Source: Yuukianura sp. NJ FZ-2021
Lineage: Eukaryota
Direction of reading: 5' to 3'
DNA: 64,000 nt
NCBI GenBank assembly: GCA_046563655.1
Contig: CM102289.1
Coordinates: 3,472,001-3,536,000 of the forward strand
Made by a program: the position numbers and the translations under genes. Below are positions 26,030 through 40,125 of this stretch, one piece after another. Numbering within the stretch: the stretch's first letter is position 1; each line of letters starts with the position of its first letter. The notes under the pieces were generated by a model. That model did no database searches. It saw only the letters and a program-made list of their open reading frames with translations, and was not told where the DNA came from.

Positions 26030-27761
26030 TTACATTCGAGAGATTTCAACAGAATATGTTACAGTAGGAATACTTTCACTAGATAGATGGAAAGCATTCA
26101 GCGTACTATCGATACTGCTTACAGTACTAGTAGATACTTCGACAACGTTAGACATGGTGTCAATACTGTCGTCACTGTTAGCTACATCTATGACGTCAGG
26201 CGATGGAGCGACAGTGCTCATGACGCTGTCATTGCTTGCTACTTGTCTGGAGTACAGTTCGTTCCGAGTGTTTGCATTCAGTGTACGGCATCTACAACAA
26301 AGGATTTCCTTGAATACAAAGTAGAAGTCGTCGTTGCACATGGTGTAGATGATGGGATTCAACGAACTGTGAAAGTATCCGATCCATGCAAATAAGTCAT
26401 AAGCCCATGCAGTCATTATTGACAGTCCTGTAAGTTAATTCAACTTGTAAGTTAAGATAGCTCTACCACACAAATTGATATGTTTAAAATATATAAATTC
26501 AGCTTGCCTGTAAGTCGGCACATAGCGTCTATAGCAAGGTACAAGTAGAACGGTAAAAAGCAGAAAACAAAACTTCCAAGCACAAGCGCAGTTGTAATCC
26601 AGCCTTTCCTTTCTTGAATAACTATCAACAAGTTAAGTATATGTTAACTTAATTTTGTTAGTCTTTGTAGGAATTTTAGGTTCATTTGTTAGTCTACTGC
26701 GGTAAGGTAACGAGATTCGACTTCGATACGAACGTAAGTTAGGTTAATGTTGTAATGAGTGATAATGATAAATTACGTTTTGTGACACATTGTTGTATTG
26801 ATTCGCTAGATGATTCTGTCCTCATAGTTCTGGCGCGTCGTTCGATTGTTTTATCTCGTTGCTGAATCAGTATCATCCATATTTTACCATGGATAAAAAC
26901 CATGATACATAGAGGAAGGAAGAAGGTTACAACGACCACGCCCAGTTGTGAACTAGAACATCCAATACGACTAATTTTACATAACATTCAAAAGGTGTCA
27001 GTACTCCCTATTTAGATAGAAATGGAGTTTTCAAAATAAAATTCTTACACAATTGGTGCCGGACGGATGCAAGGTGGCAGCTCGATCTCTGGATGAATGC
27101 GTTCGATAGCTTCTGCATTGAAGTAAGTGAGCAACCAGTAGTCAACTGTACAGAAGATTGAAATAATCCAAACTCCACAAATTGCTCCAATTACTTTTTT
27201 GTGTGAGTAGTGAACTTTGTAGTACAGTGGATGCAGAATTGCAATATAACGATCCAGTGAAATAGCGGTAAGACTCAATATGATCGCGGTTGATGTACAG
27301 GCGTCAACTAAAAAGGATTTGCAAATATTCAAGAACTTAAGCGTTACTAACAGTAAGACGAGTAAGTAAAGTAATATAATTTAACTAAATATAAAATTTA
27401 AGTTATAATTATATAATATTAATATTATCTATCGAATCAAAAAACGTTAGATACCGGACATCCATAGGTAGCATTCGACATACGTGTCATCCCACATGCT
27501 TTTGTTTTGAGTCATGAGCATTTTGATTGGCAAAACCAAAACGCCCACCATTAAATCCGCTACTGCCAAAGACAGAATCAAATAGTTCCTCGAAAATCGT
27601 AAAACTTTTGCCGCCAAAATTGATACAATCACAAGTGTGTTTCCAACGACGATAAGAACTAGCAAAACCAATTCAAGAATTAACGTTGCCCAGTCAATTT
27701 GTTGTGATGGAGCTGTTTCCAACGAACTACTGTCTACCTCCAGCGGATTCGTCGAATCCAT
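26030..27761 (-). CDS. Class A GPCR, divergent biogenic-amine-receptor-like (paralog B)
   Basis: Same motifs and intron positions as paralog A; last intron (26507-26428) has a GC donor. Confidence 0.9.
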
Positions 27762-28908
27762 GGTAGAAAGAAAGCAACACGATAGACAACTGAACATTGT
27801 AAAATAATTTTCTAGGTAACGTAGCCTTGACAGCAGATCATTCTCTGGACTTTCCGATTTCATATCAGTGGACATGGGTGTGTCTTCTAGATCCGTTGTG
27901 ATCATCATAATAAACTCTATCGCATTGCGCGGGATTTCGAAAAATGGATGAACTGGCGTCATTTGTGACGCGGGCAATATAGTCATACTTCTGTAGTTTT
28001 TTCTTTGCCTGGTGGTAACACTGTGCGAAATTGATAAACTTTAAAGTTTGGTTTGCGTGTTGCCCAGTTTTCAGCAAGTCTTGGGTTCAATTATCGGTTT
28101 CAGCAAATCCATTGAATTCCAAACAGTTAAACGTGGAGAGCCTAACTTTTGAAGGGATTTAAACGCAGTCCTGATTTGAAGAAATTCTTAAAATGGAAAT
28201 TTTTAAAACAACCGGAAACAAAATTCTGTAAAATTAGTTCAATTGTGTTTGATTTGGGACACTTTCTTAAAAAGGCTGTCCGAAACTCAAAATTCTAACG
28301 TAAGTATTAAAAATTTTGTTGATGATTTTACACAACAATAGTAATACATAGTAAATTTCACATCAATAAAACATTCAGTCGGTACGATGTGATTTACAGT
28401 TTACTAAAACAAGCAAGTACTCGTTTGATCCCCTTGCGTATTCAACTAAACCGTTTACTGAACTACTATCAACTCTATTCTGAATTCGAATTTTGAGAAA
28501 CAATCGAAACATTTCTGTTCACACCTTTTGCACCTCATTAAAACATTAGTGTTGATTTTTGATTGTTTTGTTATTATCAGTTTCAACAACCTAGCCAAAA
28601 AAAAAATCTTTTTTTTAATCTAAAATAACTGTAACCATCGATCCCGATTTCTTATTTTTTCTTTAATTTTCAGCTTCAATCGCGTGTTTGTATTTTTTCC
28701 AATGCTAATCTTTAGATAACTTATGAAGTGCATGTGACATGGTTTCAATGGGTTTTCATCTTGTAATAAATTTCATGGGGATGGGTCAATGTTCGGTGTA
28801 CTTTGTACAATGACTGAAGTGGGAATGATAACGCAAACTTGTTGCATCCCGTGGGTCCTAAAATTTTATTGGAGTTCATGACAGTTCGTTTTTTGAAGAT
28901 GTCAAAAA

Positions 28909-30801
28909 ATGTTCGGGTTTAATAGACGTCAAAATTATTTGGAAATTGACGATGATCAATCCAAAAAGTCAAAACGAACAAAAAATTTTCTTATAATAGC
29001 GGCTTCAATAGCGTTTGTGGGATTGGTTGCAGTTACAGCGGTCGTGACCTTGACCCCCACCAATCGCAACAACAATGAAGTTGTTCTACAAAGTTCGAAA
29101 AAATCAGGTCAACGCGCGAAAACAACTCAACTTCGAATTTCAAATGGTGCATTGGAAGGAGTCCTTCTAAAGTCACGTCGTGGAAGAGACTACTCTGCAT
29201 TTTATAACATTCCCTACGCACAACCTGCAGTAGGTCCACTGCGGTTTGAACCTCCTGTCGAGTTCACTGAAAAATGGCACGGTAAACTTCAAAATTTTAC
29301 AAACAAGTGACAACAAATAAAATTACAAGACGGTATTACAAGAATAGTGTTTTCATTAAACTAATTTTTCTCAGGCCTGCGCGATGCAACCAAGCCAGGC
29401 GCTATGTGTATTCAAACGTCGTTCCATCCAGAAGATCCAGACGTGGATGGCGAAGAAGATTGCCAATACTTGACCGTTTACGCGCCAAAAGTGTTTGGAT
29501 CCCTCCCACATCGGCGTCAAAAGAAACTCCTCCCTGTCATGGTCTACTTTCTAGGTGGTGCGTTTATCAAAGGTCACGCAAGTATTTACGGCGGAGACTA
29601 TTTCATGGACGAAGATGTCATCATTGTCCTTCCGGAAACTCGGTTCGGAGTCATGGCGTTTCTCTCCACTGGAGATACCGTAGTCCCTGGCAACATGGGG
29701 TTCAAGGACCAAGTCGAAGTGTTGCGGTGGGTTCAAAAAAATATTGCAAAATTTGGAGGTGATCCAAAGAGGGTTACGATATTTGGCAACAGTTCTGGAG
29801 CCACCTCGGTTCATTTGCATATGATGAGCAACATGACCTCTGGACTATTCCATAGAGCAATTTGCCAAAGTGGAGTTGGGATTGTACCTAACACGGGGTC
29901 AAAGGTCAACACAACTAAAATTGCATTTGACCTTGGGGTCAAACTTGACTGTCCAGTAAACAACAGCACAGTATTGGTTAATTGCTTGAAAGAAGTCGAT
30001 GCCAAAACACTACTAGATGCTGCGGGGAAGGAAGTGGAAGCGATTGTTGTAGAATCAGCGGACGTCGAAAATCCGTTTTTAACGGCAACGCCATTAGAAA
30101 TTATGATGGCAGGAACACAGCCGAGTTTAAAAGTACCGTGGATCCTTGGCGTCAATTCGGACGAGTTTAACGTTGCCCAAGCAACTCTTGCAACGCTTAA
30201 TTCATCATTACTGTGCGCCATAAATTCAAACTGGAATGCCATTGCGCCGATTCTTCTAGACCTGCAGCCCACTCCAAGCTTGACCAACATTTCGGAGAGT
30301 ATATATGACTTTTACTTTGGCTCCAAATTAATTTCAACTGAAACGCGCCAAAATTTTTCAAATTTGATTAACGACAGGATGTTTGTTCATCCAACTTATA
30401 CGGCTGGAAGACTCCAAGCAGATTTTGATCAAAACAACGTCTATTTATACGTTTTGAGCAAAAAACCAATTGTGAGTTTAGGATCAGACTTGGAATCACT
30501 GTTTGGTCCACAGTATGGAGTGACGCATGCGGACGAAGTGCAGTATTTGTTCCCATATTCCAAGTTTCCTTACATTGGGCTGGATTCAGTGGATTTGGAA
30601 ATGTCTGAAATCATGGTAAAAATTTGGACTAAATTTGCTGCAACTGGAAACCCGCATCGCCGTTGGGCGCCAATTTCAAATCCTGAAGATGCAACTGGAA
30701 CGAAGTGGTTTCAACTAGACGATGAACTGAGGATGATTAACTTCGCCGCAGATAGAATGAAATTTTGGAACCAATTTCCATTAACGTATTTGTATGCATA
30801 G
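28909..30801 (+). CDS. Carboxyl/cholinesterase family esterase with an N-terminal membrane anchor (2 exons)
   Basis: IPYAQP.VGPLRF, EDC.YL.VY, FGGDP..VTIFGNSSG, NSDE, GVTHADE (Ser/Glu/His triad present); intron 29282-29374. Confidence 0.93.
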
Positions 30802-31491
30802 ACGCTAAAAATAGAAGTTTATAAATAAAAAAAAAATTAATGAGCATGCTCAAATATTTTGTTTGTCCGTAGATAACAATGCTCAAACGGAATAAAATTT
30901 CCTGAAAACATATATTAAAATGAGTACCACCTTCTTTTTAATTCCAAAAATAATCCCGTAAAAATTTTATGAATTGTTTTAAATAATGATTATAGAAGGT
31001 TGTGTTATAAGGATTTCGCACTAAAGTTTACTTGCGGTTTTTACTGCTGCAAAAATGTCCAACACAGACGAACCAAGGCAAAAAAAAAGTTACAAGTTGT
31101 TTTTATACTTCTTTTGGCAATGATGATAGATATATTTCCAGCTGCAATAGTTATAACTCTGAAAGAGAATGGAATTGCCTCAATCAGTATAATGAGCTCA
31201 TTGCTGGATATTTTAAGTGGTGACACTACTTCGCCTTCTATGGCAAAAAAAAAACATAAACTGACTTGGTGAAGTTAAGATTCTGCGAAAACTCGCGAAA
31301 TCTTCTACAGTTGAGAAATAAACCTATGTAAAGCAAACTCAAGAGCTGATCATTATTAAATGAGACTGTGAAAAATCGAAACGGTGAGATCAACCAATTA
31401 AAAAATTTACTGCATATCCGAGAAGTAATTATTGCTTTAATTTCAGATTTAAATGTAAATTCTTGTAATTGTATAGAATTTTTCGCTTGCA

Positions 31492-33106
31492 GATTTGCCC
31501 TTCACTCATGCTAAGGCCACTGCAACGAAATGAGGTGCATGCACCACCAGTTATACGTCCTGCCCTTGGAGCGGTTGCAAAGTTGGGAGATTTGTATGAC
31601 CGTAGCTCCGATAATTTTACCGGCGACACGATGTTCACACGGGAGTTGTCAAATACAGAACGCCGTATTGACAGAATTCCCAACAAACAAACGAAGCATA
31701 GAAGATCAAACACATTCTTGGAAAAAGTAGGTCACTGGACAACGGATGAGGATTTAGAACTAGGCTTGAATATTGTTGGTGGTGCAGTGACTCTGGCAGG
31801 TTGTGGGAAGTACTTTGAACAACTAGTTTCTGGCTCTGAAGACGTCAGTTGTACTCTGATACATCAAATTACCACGGTGCAAGAAGAGATTAACTTTTAT
31901 AATCCTGGCGTACTAAAAGAGGTCAGTTCAGTTGAAGCTATTGAGAATAGTCCTCAGGCAACTCATTTCGTTTATGGAATTAATTGGGGAGCAACGCTTT
32001 TTCTAACTGGGACTTACCACGGTACTGACAAGGAAACTTGGAGGGGAGAAATTTCTAATCAGCTAGAAGCGTGCTTCCGTCAACTTTAACTTGCAGCAAA
32101 AGGTGTGGCTTATTGGAACTGCAGAGAATATGAGTCAAAAATAGTCAAGGATTCAACGTTTCATTACATGTGCGATACTTTTCCGGGACGTACTTTGGAG
32201 GTAACATTGGAACAAGCTTATGATTTAATCTCCAATTTTCCAAACGCACTATCAGAGACAAACGAGGAAAAAGGAATACAAGTTTGCTATTTCCTTGCTC
32301 CTTTGTCTATTCTCCGACACTGGCTTGAAGTTTCACAAAACTTTCCAAAATTCTTCACTCCATGTCAATGTTCTATGAGTCTCGAAACCTACGGAACTGG
32401 GGACATCACTCTGAAAGTTTTTTTGAACCGAGTAACTAAACTTTTTGATGATATGAATATTGCAAAACAGTTACTGAATGACCTTGGCAGTGACGCAATG
32501 TACAAAATCTTTCACTTTAGTAAAGAACCTCTTCAGGAAATAAAAACGTTGCAAGATCATTTCCGAATAGACTTCCGCGCGCTTCTTCTTCAAGTGAAGC
32601 GTGGAACTAAGCCTTTTCTTGACATGCTGAAACTTATTCAGAAGTACGAAGAAAGCGACTTCTCCGGTGCAAAGATCATTTACCTTTTGGATCATTGCTA
32701 TGGTTCAGAATCAAGAAAAAGAGTAGACATGTACTATTTCTTATGGGGACATAATGTCACTTTTATTCCAAAGGGAACATGGTTCGCTGAAGATTCTTCA
32801 TACACAGTTGGATGCCGGCAAGCTTACGTTTTATACACAAGTTACGTGCACAAAATGAATGAAATAAATAGTAAATGGCGTAAGAACGTTGAAATCTTCT
32901 TGATGTTGATAAGAAGTAGTCAATCAAATCCAATTCCTCCCAGATTTATTTATGTTGACACGGACATATCAAAAGACATTCCAATGACTGGAATCAGCCA
33001 CTACAGAAATGGAGCGTGTGTGTCTTTCGATAGTTATAGAAATCAAAGGCGTATTTTCAATTGTACTCCGATAAAGAACAAAGTATTGTCAATTTTTACG
33101 TTTTAA
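31492..33106 (+). pseudogene. Stonustoxin/neoverrucotoxin-like protein interrupted by one in-frame stop
   Basis: RPALG...LGDLYD...D.F and ATHFVYGINWGA resemble the stonustoxin-family N-terminal region; ORFs 31469-32089 and 32105-33106 share a frame, separated by TAA at 32087-32089. Confidence 0.65.
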
Positions 33107-34075
33107 TTTGCCATTTTTGAAATTCAATTTATTTATTATATACTTATTTATTATAACTTTATTATTTATTATAATTTCCCTATACAGTTATACCTTTATT
33201 GTTCTATTTAAATTAGCATTCCATATGCTATATGTTTTATTAATGTAATTTCTACTTGAGTTAGGAAAGAGTATAAATTAGAACGTATTAGTTCTCTGAA
33301 GCGCGGCCCTAACCTAGACTGTTGGATTAAATTAGCAAATGCTTTTACTTTTTTTTAAGTCCTGCTGTCACTGCGCATTATTCGTTATTATCATGGGACG
33401 GAAGATTAAGATATTTATTTTTTGCGTTAAAATCGTTAAAACCTTGAAAAATTATTAATTCTTTTTAAGGATAAAATCTTTTAGAAATTGAGACCCATCT
33501 TTTTCTACCAATTTTTTTCCCCAATTTTGTAATATTTCGAACAAATTTTGCCAAAAAGATATTGCTCCAATTTTGAATTGTCTAATGAAAACGCAGTTCC
33601 CACGAACGTTCAATGAGTGAAATGGTGTGTTCTGAAGTTTTTTGTCTCTCAAGACTTCATTTCGTGCTAATTCATTTTGTAAAAGCGCAAAATTTGACAT
33701 TGGAAAACTTCGGAATGTGCATTGAGTCACATTCCGACCTTGTTACATCAAAAGATATTCAATAAATTTCTAAGCTTTAAAACGTTTTTGCTACTTGGCT
33801 TAGTTTTTTTTTTAGAGGTTTAAATGTTCTTACAACTTCCTCTTTTTTTTTTGGAAATTTCTTTTCCGGTCTGTGCTCATCATGCAGAATAAATACACTC
33901 TGAAATTGTCTTCCAAAAATCGTCAATAAAAAAACGTCTTTTTTTTTGTTAAAACATTAAAATACAAAACACAAATTTGACAAGTGCCTTCTAAAAATAG
34001 ACAAACTATAAAAGTCATATTCACCAGCAACTTTCAATGCGAATTTTAGTATCTGACAACAAAGCTTCAGTGTCA

Positions 34076-36244
34076 CTAAAGCAAAATTTCCCAATAAATA
34101 AGTTCTCTTTAGAAGCATTTGTCATTTGAATTGAGTCAGTTGGTTTCTCGTTGCGGTTCATCTCTGGATCAGGCATTTCCCTTAATTTAAAAAAAAAACA
34201 TAACGTATAAAACGGTAAAGCGTAATTAAAAATTTTTCAAATATTGAACTTACTTTTGTGAAACAACGTGTGAGTGGATGTCAATTGGGCGTTTGAGCCA
34301 CATGTCATTTGCGTACTGCGATTGTGCATGAGCAGCACCAACGCACAAGTCGAAATTGGTGAACGTCAAAGTTAAGTCCAAGTGAGGCTGTAACAGATGA
34401 GTGTACATTTTGTTCGCATTGCTTGGAGTATTCCTAAAATAAAAGCAAACTCGTAAGCATTTTTTTTTTGGAAAAACATACAAAAATAATATTTAAATCA
34501 AAACTGAAAGTAATGTTTGACGTTTTCATTGCAAAAAATTAAGAACTTACCAGCGACGCTGGATATCTTCCGTAAACATTCCTTCAAGGAGGGCCCTTAG
34601 CTCATAATGGTACGTAGTTCCTTCAGCAAAGTCCTCATAACAATGGTAAATCAAAAAACTGCTCAGTTTCCAAACAAATTCCAGAAGCATGTCATAGTTT
34701 GTATTCCATTCTATATTTCCTGGAATATCGGGCGATTTCCGGGTTTTGAGTTTTGAATGCTTTGAGGTCTATCACAGATTATCGTTCAAGTACATTTAGT
34801 GTTTGACTACCGAAAAAAAAATTTTGAAAAGCATAGCGGAAGGATAAAAACCTAAATAAAAAAACTCACATGATGCGTTGAGTGACATTTTTTTTCGAAT
34901 TTAACTTCATAATTCGACGTTCTTTGGCGACATCTGGCGAGTGCTTGAGATATCCACTGTTGATTTTCCGGGGGAATGACACTTTGACGTGAAATTTCAT
35001 GCGTGGTTTCAAACAAAAGAACTTTAAACATGAAGAGAAAGTATTTGTAAAAAGTGACTGGAATAACTGAGGGATCACAAGCTGCTATTGCAATTAGAGC
35101 CGATTTGGTCAACATTTTGATTTCAAACGGCTGGAAATTTTCCAGATTTTCGTAGTTTTCTGCTGGAGTAGGTTTCAAAATGGCGCTCAGCAATTGAAGG
35201 CCCATACGTGACGACTGGAGATCAACATCGTACTCCAGAAGATTCTCATTCAAAATATCTCTTGCTGCGCAGTCTCCAGAACACTGGTTTCCATTTTCAC
35301 TTTCATCTGGCATTTGCCCGCATTCTGCACATGCACCGCGTACATCTTCATCCGCTGAGTCGAGGTCATTTACTTTGCTCGGCAGAACATCAAACCATTC
35401 GGCTCCATTTTCGTACTCACAGTCCTCCACAATTGTTAAAAATAAGGCCTCTGGAAATATCATTTCAAAATTTTACGTTATAAATTTACGCCCTGCTTAT
35501 AACAAAAGTTTTTCAAAATGATAAAAAAGCAGTTGAAATAAAAATATGAAACATTAATGTACAAATAATACACAATATACTGCATAAACTAATTAACCAA
35601 AAATAATGAGACTAACCTTGAGGAATGTTGTTACGGTTAATACAGAGACTTGAAACGTCGTACATAAAAGTTCCCTCCGAAGATGCCATATATGTAGAAA
35701 TATTTCCTGCCACAAATATGTGGGGCAAGAGACACAATGCATAAGGCTCGTCGTTCAAAGTCGTTCCCCACCGCTTTCCCGAGTCAACCAGTATAATCCA
35801 AAATGTGCTTTTGTGTCCGTTTTTATGACACTGGGCCGCAGGGTGAACGTTGAAGTGAAATCCATATGCTGTCGCTGTAGGTTGAACTATTATCCCATCA
35901 GATGAAGTCAACAAAACTGGCCCATTCTCTCCTAATCCTTGCGTCGAGCCAAGAAACGACGCATAAGTCATTGCGTTCTTCGGGGCTGCCTACCATTAAC
36001 CGATTTACAGAGTCAAATTAATGTATGAAGTATGTTCATTTGTAAAGTATAAATGAATAGAGATAAAAGTTTAGATATCAAAATTTTGTTACAAAATAAC
36101 TTCGATGGAGACATTTAAGTCCACTGCTGACAGAATTTGTGTAAATAAATTTTACAGTTGGACCGCTCTCGGGCGTGCTTTTGCAAATGCTTGTTGATAC
36201 AAACCAACTAGAAATAAAATTTGGACATAATAAAATAATAGCAT
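34076..36244 (-). CDS. Orphan multi-exon protein, possibly secreted
   Basis: Exons ~35989-35617, 35450-34870, 34767-34551, 34433-34254 and 34180-34076 splice in frame via GT-AG; candidate signal-peptide exon from 36244 has an unresolved phase. Confidence 0.6.
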
Positions 36245-36941
36245 TGGAAATGATTTACGAAATTCAAAATTAAAACAAACATTACATATAATTTTTGTTG
36301 CAGTGGAAAAATTTGACCTACGCGTCGGTTGCACACACGCAGCTCCAGTCAGGGTCCAATGAATTTTTGGGGATCAAAATCCCGCCAGTACAATTTGATG
36401 CCAAGAATTCTATCTTTGATGTACCATTACAAAATCGGATAAGTCCTGATTCACTTACACTAAGTCTAACACTACCCAAAAGGAAAGCCAATCTAATCAA
36501 CATAATTTTACTCAATTACAAAACTAAAACGTAAGGTTAGTTTTTCAAAAATATTTACGGTTTGTTAAACCAAGTGCAGGCTATAAAAGTAAAATATTAA
36601 CAGCAGCTTTTTAATGATAATTTGAAATAGTAAATTTTTCCTTTGTTTCTGTTCTAAGAATATTGCCTTATATTTACTGATTCGCAGTTCAAACGCACTA
36701 ACTTGCTTTCATTCGTTAGCGCCATGAGCGGGTTAAAATACCAATACTTCATATAGTAAAGTAAGAATCAGTTTTTATATTAGATTAAGAACAATTAAGA
36801 ATAAGCGCACGAACAATAAGAGTATGCTTTTATGCGGTTTAATTTTAATTATTAGCATTAATTGTGAACACCTTATCCAAATATATAATGAGCTACGATT
36901 TAATTTGTAATAGTAAAGCTAAGCATTACAAGTAGAAGATT

Positions 36942-37715
36942 TTAGTAAAGGCGCCTTTTGTAATCAATTTCTCTCTTCACTTGAAGTACTTCTGAAGCGG
37001 GAATATCTGAATATCGAATGAGGCCTTTTCCAGCAAAGGCGTCTGACTGTCTCCTCTCAAACTTTGTAAGAAAATGGACAGCAATTGCCAAAGCCGAGGG
37101 AAAGTCAATTGCATCATCCACTGCAAAAAGAAAAAGTAGAATTTAATTTATTTTTTGTAACGTTGTACCCATAAAAGTGTAACAGTAAAACTCATTCAAG
37201 TTGTATTCAATTTGAAAGAAATGATCAAGTCTTACAATATTTTACTTCCAATTTTTTTGTCAGTGGATCCAGGGTTGTGTACTTTTGACCTAAGCAGTTA
37301 AAAAACAAGTGGAATTTTTGAAAACAGAATTTCTGGTATAATAGGTCAAAGTTGAAGCAAACAGGAAGCTACTTTTTGCGTAGTAATCCATAACGTGTTC
37401 AAGTTCATCGTACGACTGGAAATTGGAAATAATTTTTGTCATTATTTCTCGCATTCCCTCTCGTGTAATAGATCCAGAACCAAGTTTGTCCGTTGTTTTG
37501 AAGAAATTTTCTAGGCCTATAAATTAGTTAGACCAAATTATTCAAATTTTAATTAAAATTAGTGTAATTTAAAATTTTTCAGTTAGCTACTTACACTTTC
37601 GGGACTCGCGTTTCATCTTATCCTCCTGAAAATCCACGCAAATATGAAAAAACGATGTTTTATATAGAAAAAATTGACTAAAAACGGATTAAAAATTTTA
37701 ATGCAAACCTACCAT
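36942..37715 (-). CDS. Small EF-hand-like protein (3' exons unresolved)
   Basis: ATG|intron, then EDKMKRESRKC|LENFFKTTDKLGSGSITREGMREIM (EF-hand-like loop); downstream exon phases ambiguous. Confidence 0.45.
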
Positions 37716-39298
37716 TTATGAATGGTTTCTGAGATGAAGTTTCACCTTAAAAAAAACTATAATGCAACAACTTTTACGTAACTTCAACGGTTTATTTATA
37801 AACTCTGTTTTAGAATATTTTAAAATTGCAAGTTGCAAAGCGTTCCCCTTGTAAGCACAACTTGTACTGATTGTACTTGGACTTGAACTTGCATAAGACT
37901 ACAATGAATCTTTTGAGAAGTACCGAATTTATAAAAAGCACGGTGCCAGGATGCCCTTCAAATTATTTTTACACTCCAGTCTTTGTTTCAGTGATTTATG
38001 TCAACTGGCTCCCGCAGTTGGACTACACAAAACTCGTTGAGACACAGGCGCCAAATTTCAAATGTTTTTGAAACTTGAAACAATGGGAGCTTAGGAACTC
38101 TTGGAATTTAAAAAAAGTTTTGTAAAAGCTGAAATAAATGACAGAAAGAGTGAAAAAGTATGTACGCTGGCATTGTGATTATGAAGCGTAGAAATGCCAG
38201 CAGGTTAAATGAAATGTGACGAATAGAATAGTGGAGAAATACGTGATGTGATGTTGAAAGAAATCTATTTAAAAATTATGTACATCATTAGCACAAAACC
38301 GGGTGTCTGCTTAATCTGCACTTCAACAAAATCTTTTCGTGAAAACTTGTGCCTCTTTGCTTACAAATATCGTTGCATTTTTTGCAGAAATTTGAGACCA
38401 AGTTCAATATTAAATTAAGAAACTGACAAATTGACAAAATGATCTGACAGCGGTAATGTTCTGCACTATCTTTAGTTTGTATTTATTGGTGCATGAACAT
38501 ATGGCATCTTCACACGTTTTAGATTTATGACATTTAAAATTAGCAATCTTCAGTTTTAAAAAATATCTCAAATTCAAAATTGTACAGCTCCATTTAACTG
38601 TAACGACACCTCGACAGCAATTTTTTAGTTTCAACTTTTCGCTTTGCTTTTTTCTATTAACCTTTCAGTTTTTCTTGCACATTTCTACAATATCATAGAC
38701 ACCTCTTAAGTGTTTTGTTCTGAAAAGCATAACTTAATGCTATATTTATCTTGAAGTTTAACGTTTAAAACAATTTTTGGATCTTCTTGTCACCAGATTG
38801 CTACATCACTTGAAGAATTCCAACAGCGATACGGAAGCAGTGATCTGTAGAGAATAAATTACTTTAGAAGGTATTTTGGATGATCCAACATAAATTCTTA
38901 CAACTTTGCTCACTTTCGCGCTCTTATGTAGTTACTCCAATTTTTATTGTCTCTTTTGAAGTCCTTTGCCAAGAATTTCCTGTTATACAAGGTACGATTT
39001 AATTAGAATTTTGAAATGAGGCGTATATTTTCGCTTGTGTTGCATCTCAAGGTCATTTTTGTGTGTATAGACTATAGTAGTTCGCGGTATTTTAAAAAAC
39101 GGCTTATTTATTTTTTGTCTATAAAATCAAAGCAGGTATTTACAAAGAAGTTTTAAAAACTAGTCAAAGGATGATTGACAAATAATAAATTGATAATTCG
39201 CAAAATTAGAAAGAAACGGATTTTAAGGGTTAAAATTAACTTTGGCAATTAAAGTCCAGCATATAATGTTGCTTCACATTTTTGTAGGTAGGTGAATT

Positions 39299-39699
39299 TC
39301 AAATTCCGCAACCTTTCAAGCAGTCATCAGCAGAAGCGAAATTGTTTTTGTTTCCACCACAGCCCCCGTATAAAAACTTCTTGCACGACTTGGCCTCTGC
39401 GTCGTAGTAGAAACGTGGAATTGCAGCGCGACAAGGTCCACTGACAGGAGCCAGGTGACATGCTGCAATGTACATTTATTGCTCATTAAGTTTAACAATA
39501 TTAGATTGTAACATTTTGGAGTAAATATGCAACATTTAAAAACGCAGGCGCTAATCAAGTTACAAAAAATTTCAAAAAAATGTTTGATACCTTGATCGGT
39601 TTCCCCCATTGGTTTCACTTCAACCTCCATTTGAACCGCCTCTGAAGCAATTATGTAGAAAACAGATGCAGTACAAAAGTAGATGCAAACCTTAAACAT
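39299..39699 (-). CDS. Secreted single-domain Kunitz/BPTI protease inhibitor (P1 Arg)
   Basis: Exon 39699-39591 encodes a signal peptide; exon 39462-39299 encodes CHLAPVSGPCRAAIPRFYYDAEAKSCKKFLYGGCGGNKNNFASADDCLKGCGI* with all six Cys; this frame is not in the ORF track. Confidence 0.95.
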
Positions 39700-40125
39700 T
39701 TTTCAACGTTTTCGTAAACTTTTGAGAACAGCAGAAAGTGAAAATAAAATTATGAATGTAAATTAGTTCGCGATGAAATTAGGTTAAACGAAATAAGCAA
39801 AAAACGGCGTTTTATAAATGACGTGTTCCAAGTCTGAAATAATCCTGAGGAAAAGATATAGCTATTGGCAAATGAAATCGTCAAAACTTTGATTAAAACT
39901 GACTCTTATCTGCTACACATAGGTTAACGCCAAAACACCAACGAATACTTCAATCGATGGATTGGCAAAACACATTTTACATTGTCCCAAAAGCCGCCAA
40001 TTTTGAATTCGGTTATTATATACGGCAGTTTCCAAACTTAAGTTAACCGTGAAAATGCACACCAATTGATCGGTAAGGTGCAATTTCAAATCAAAAGTGT
40101 TTAAAAAAAACTTTTATACAAGACC

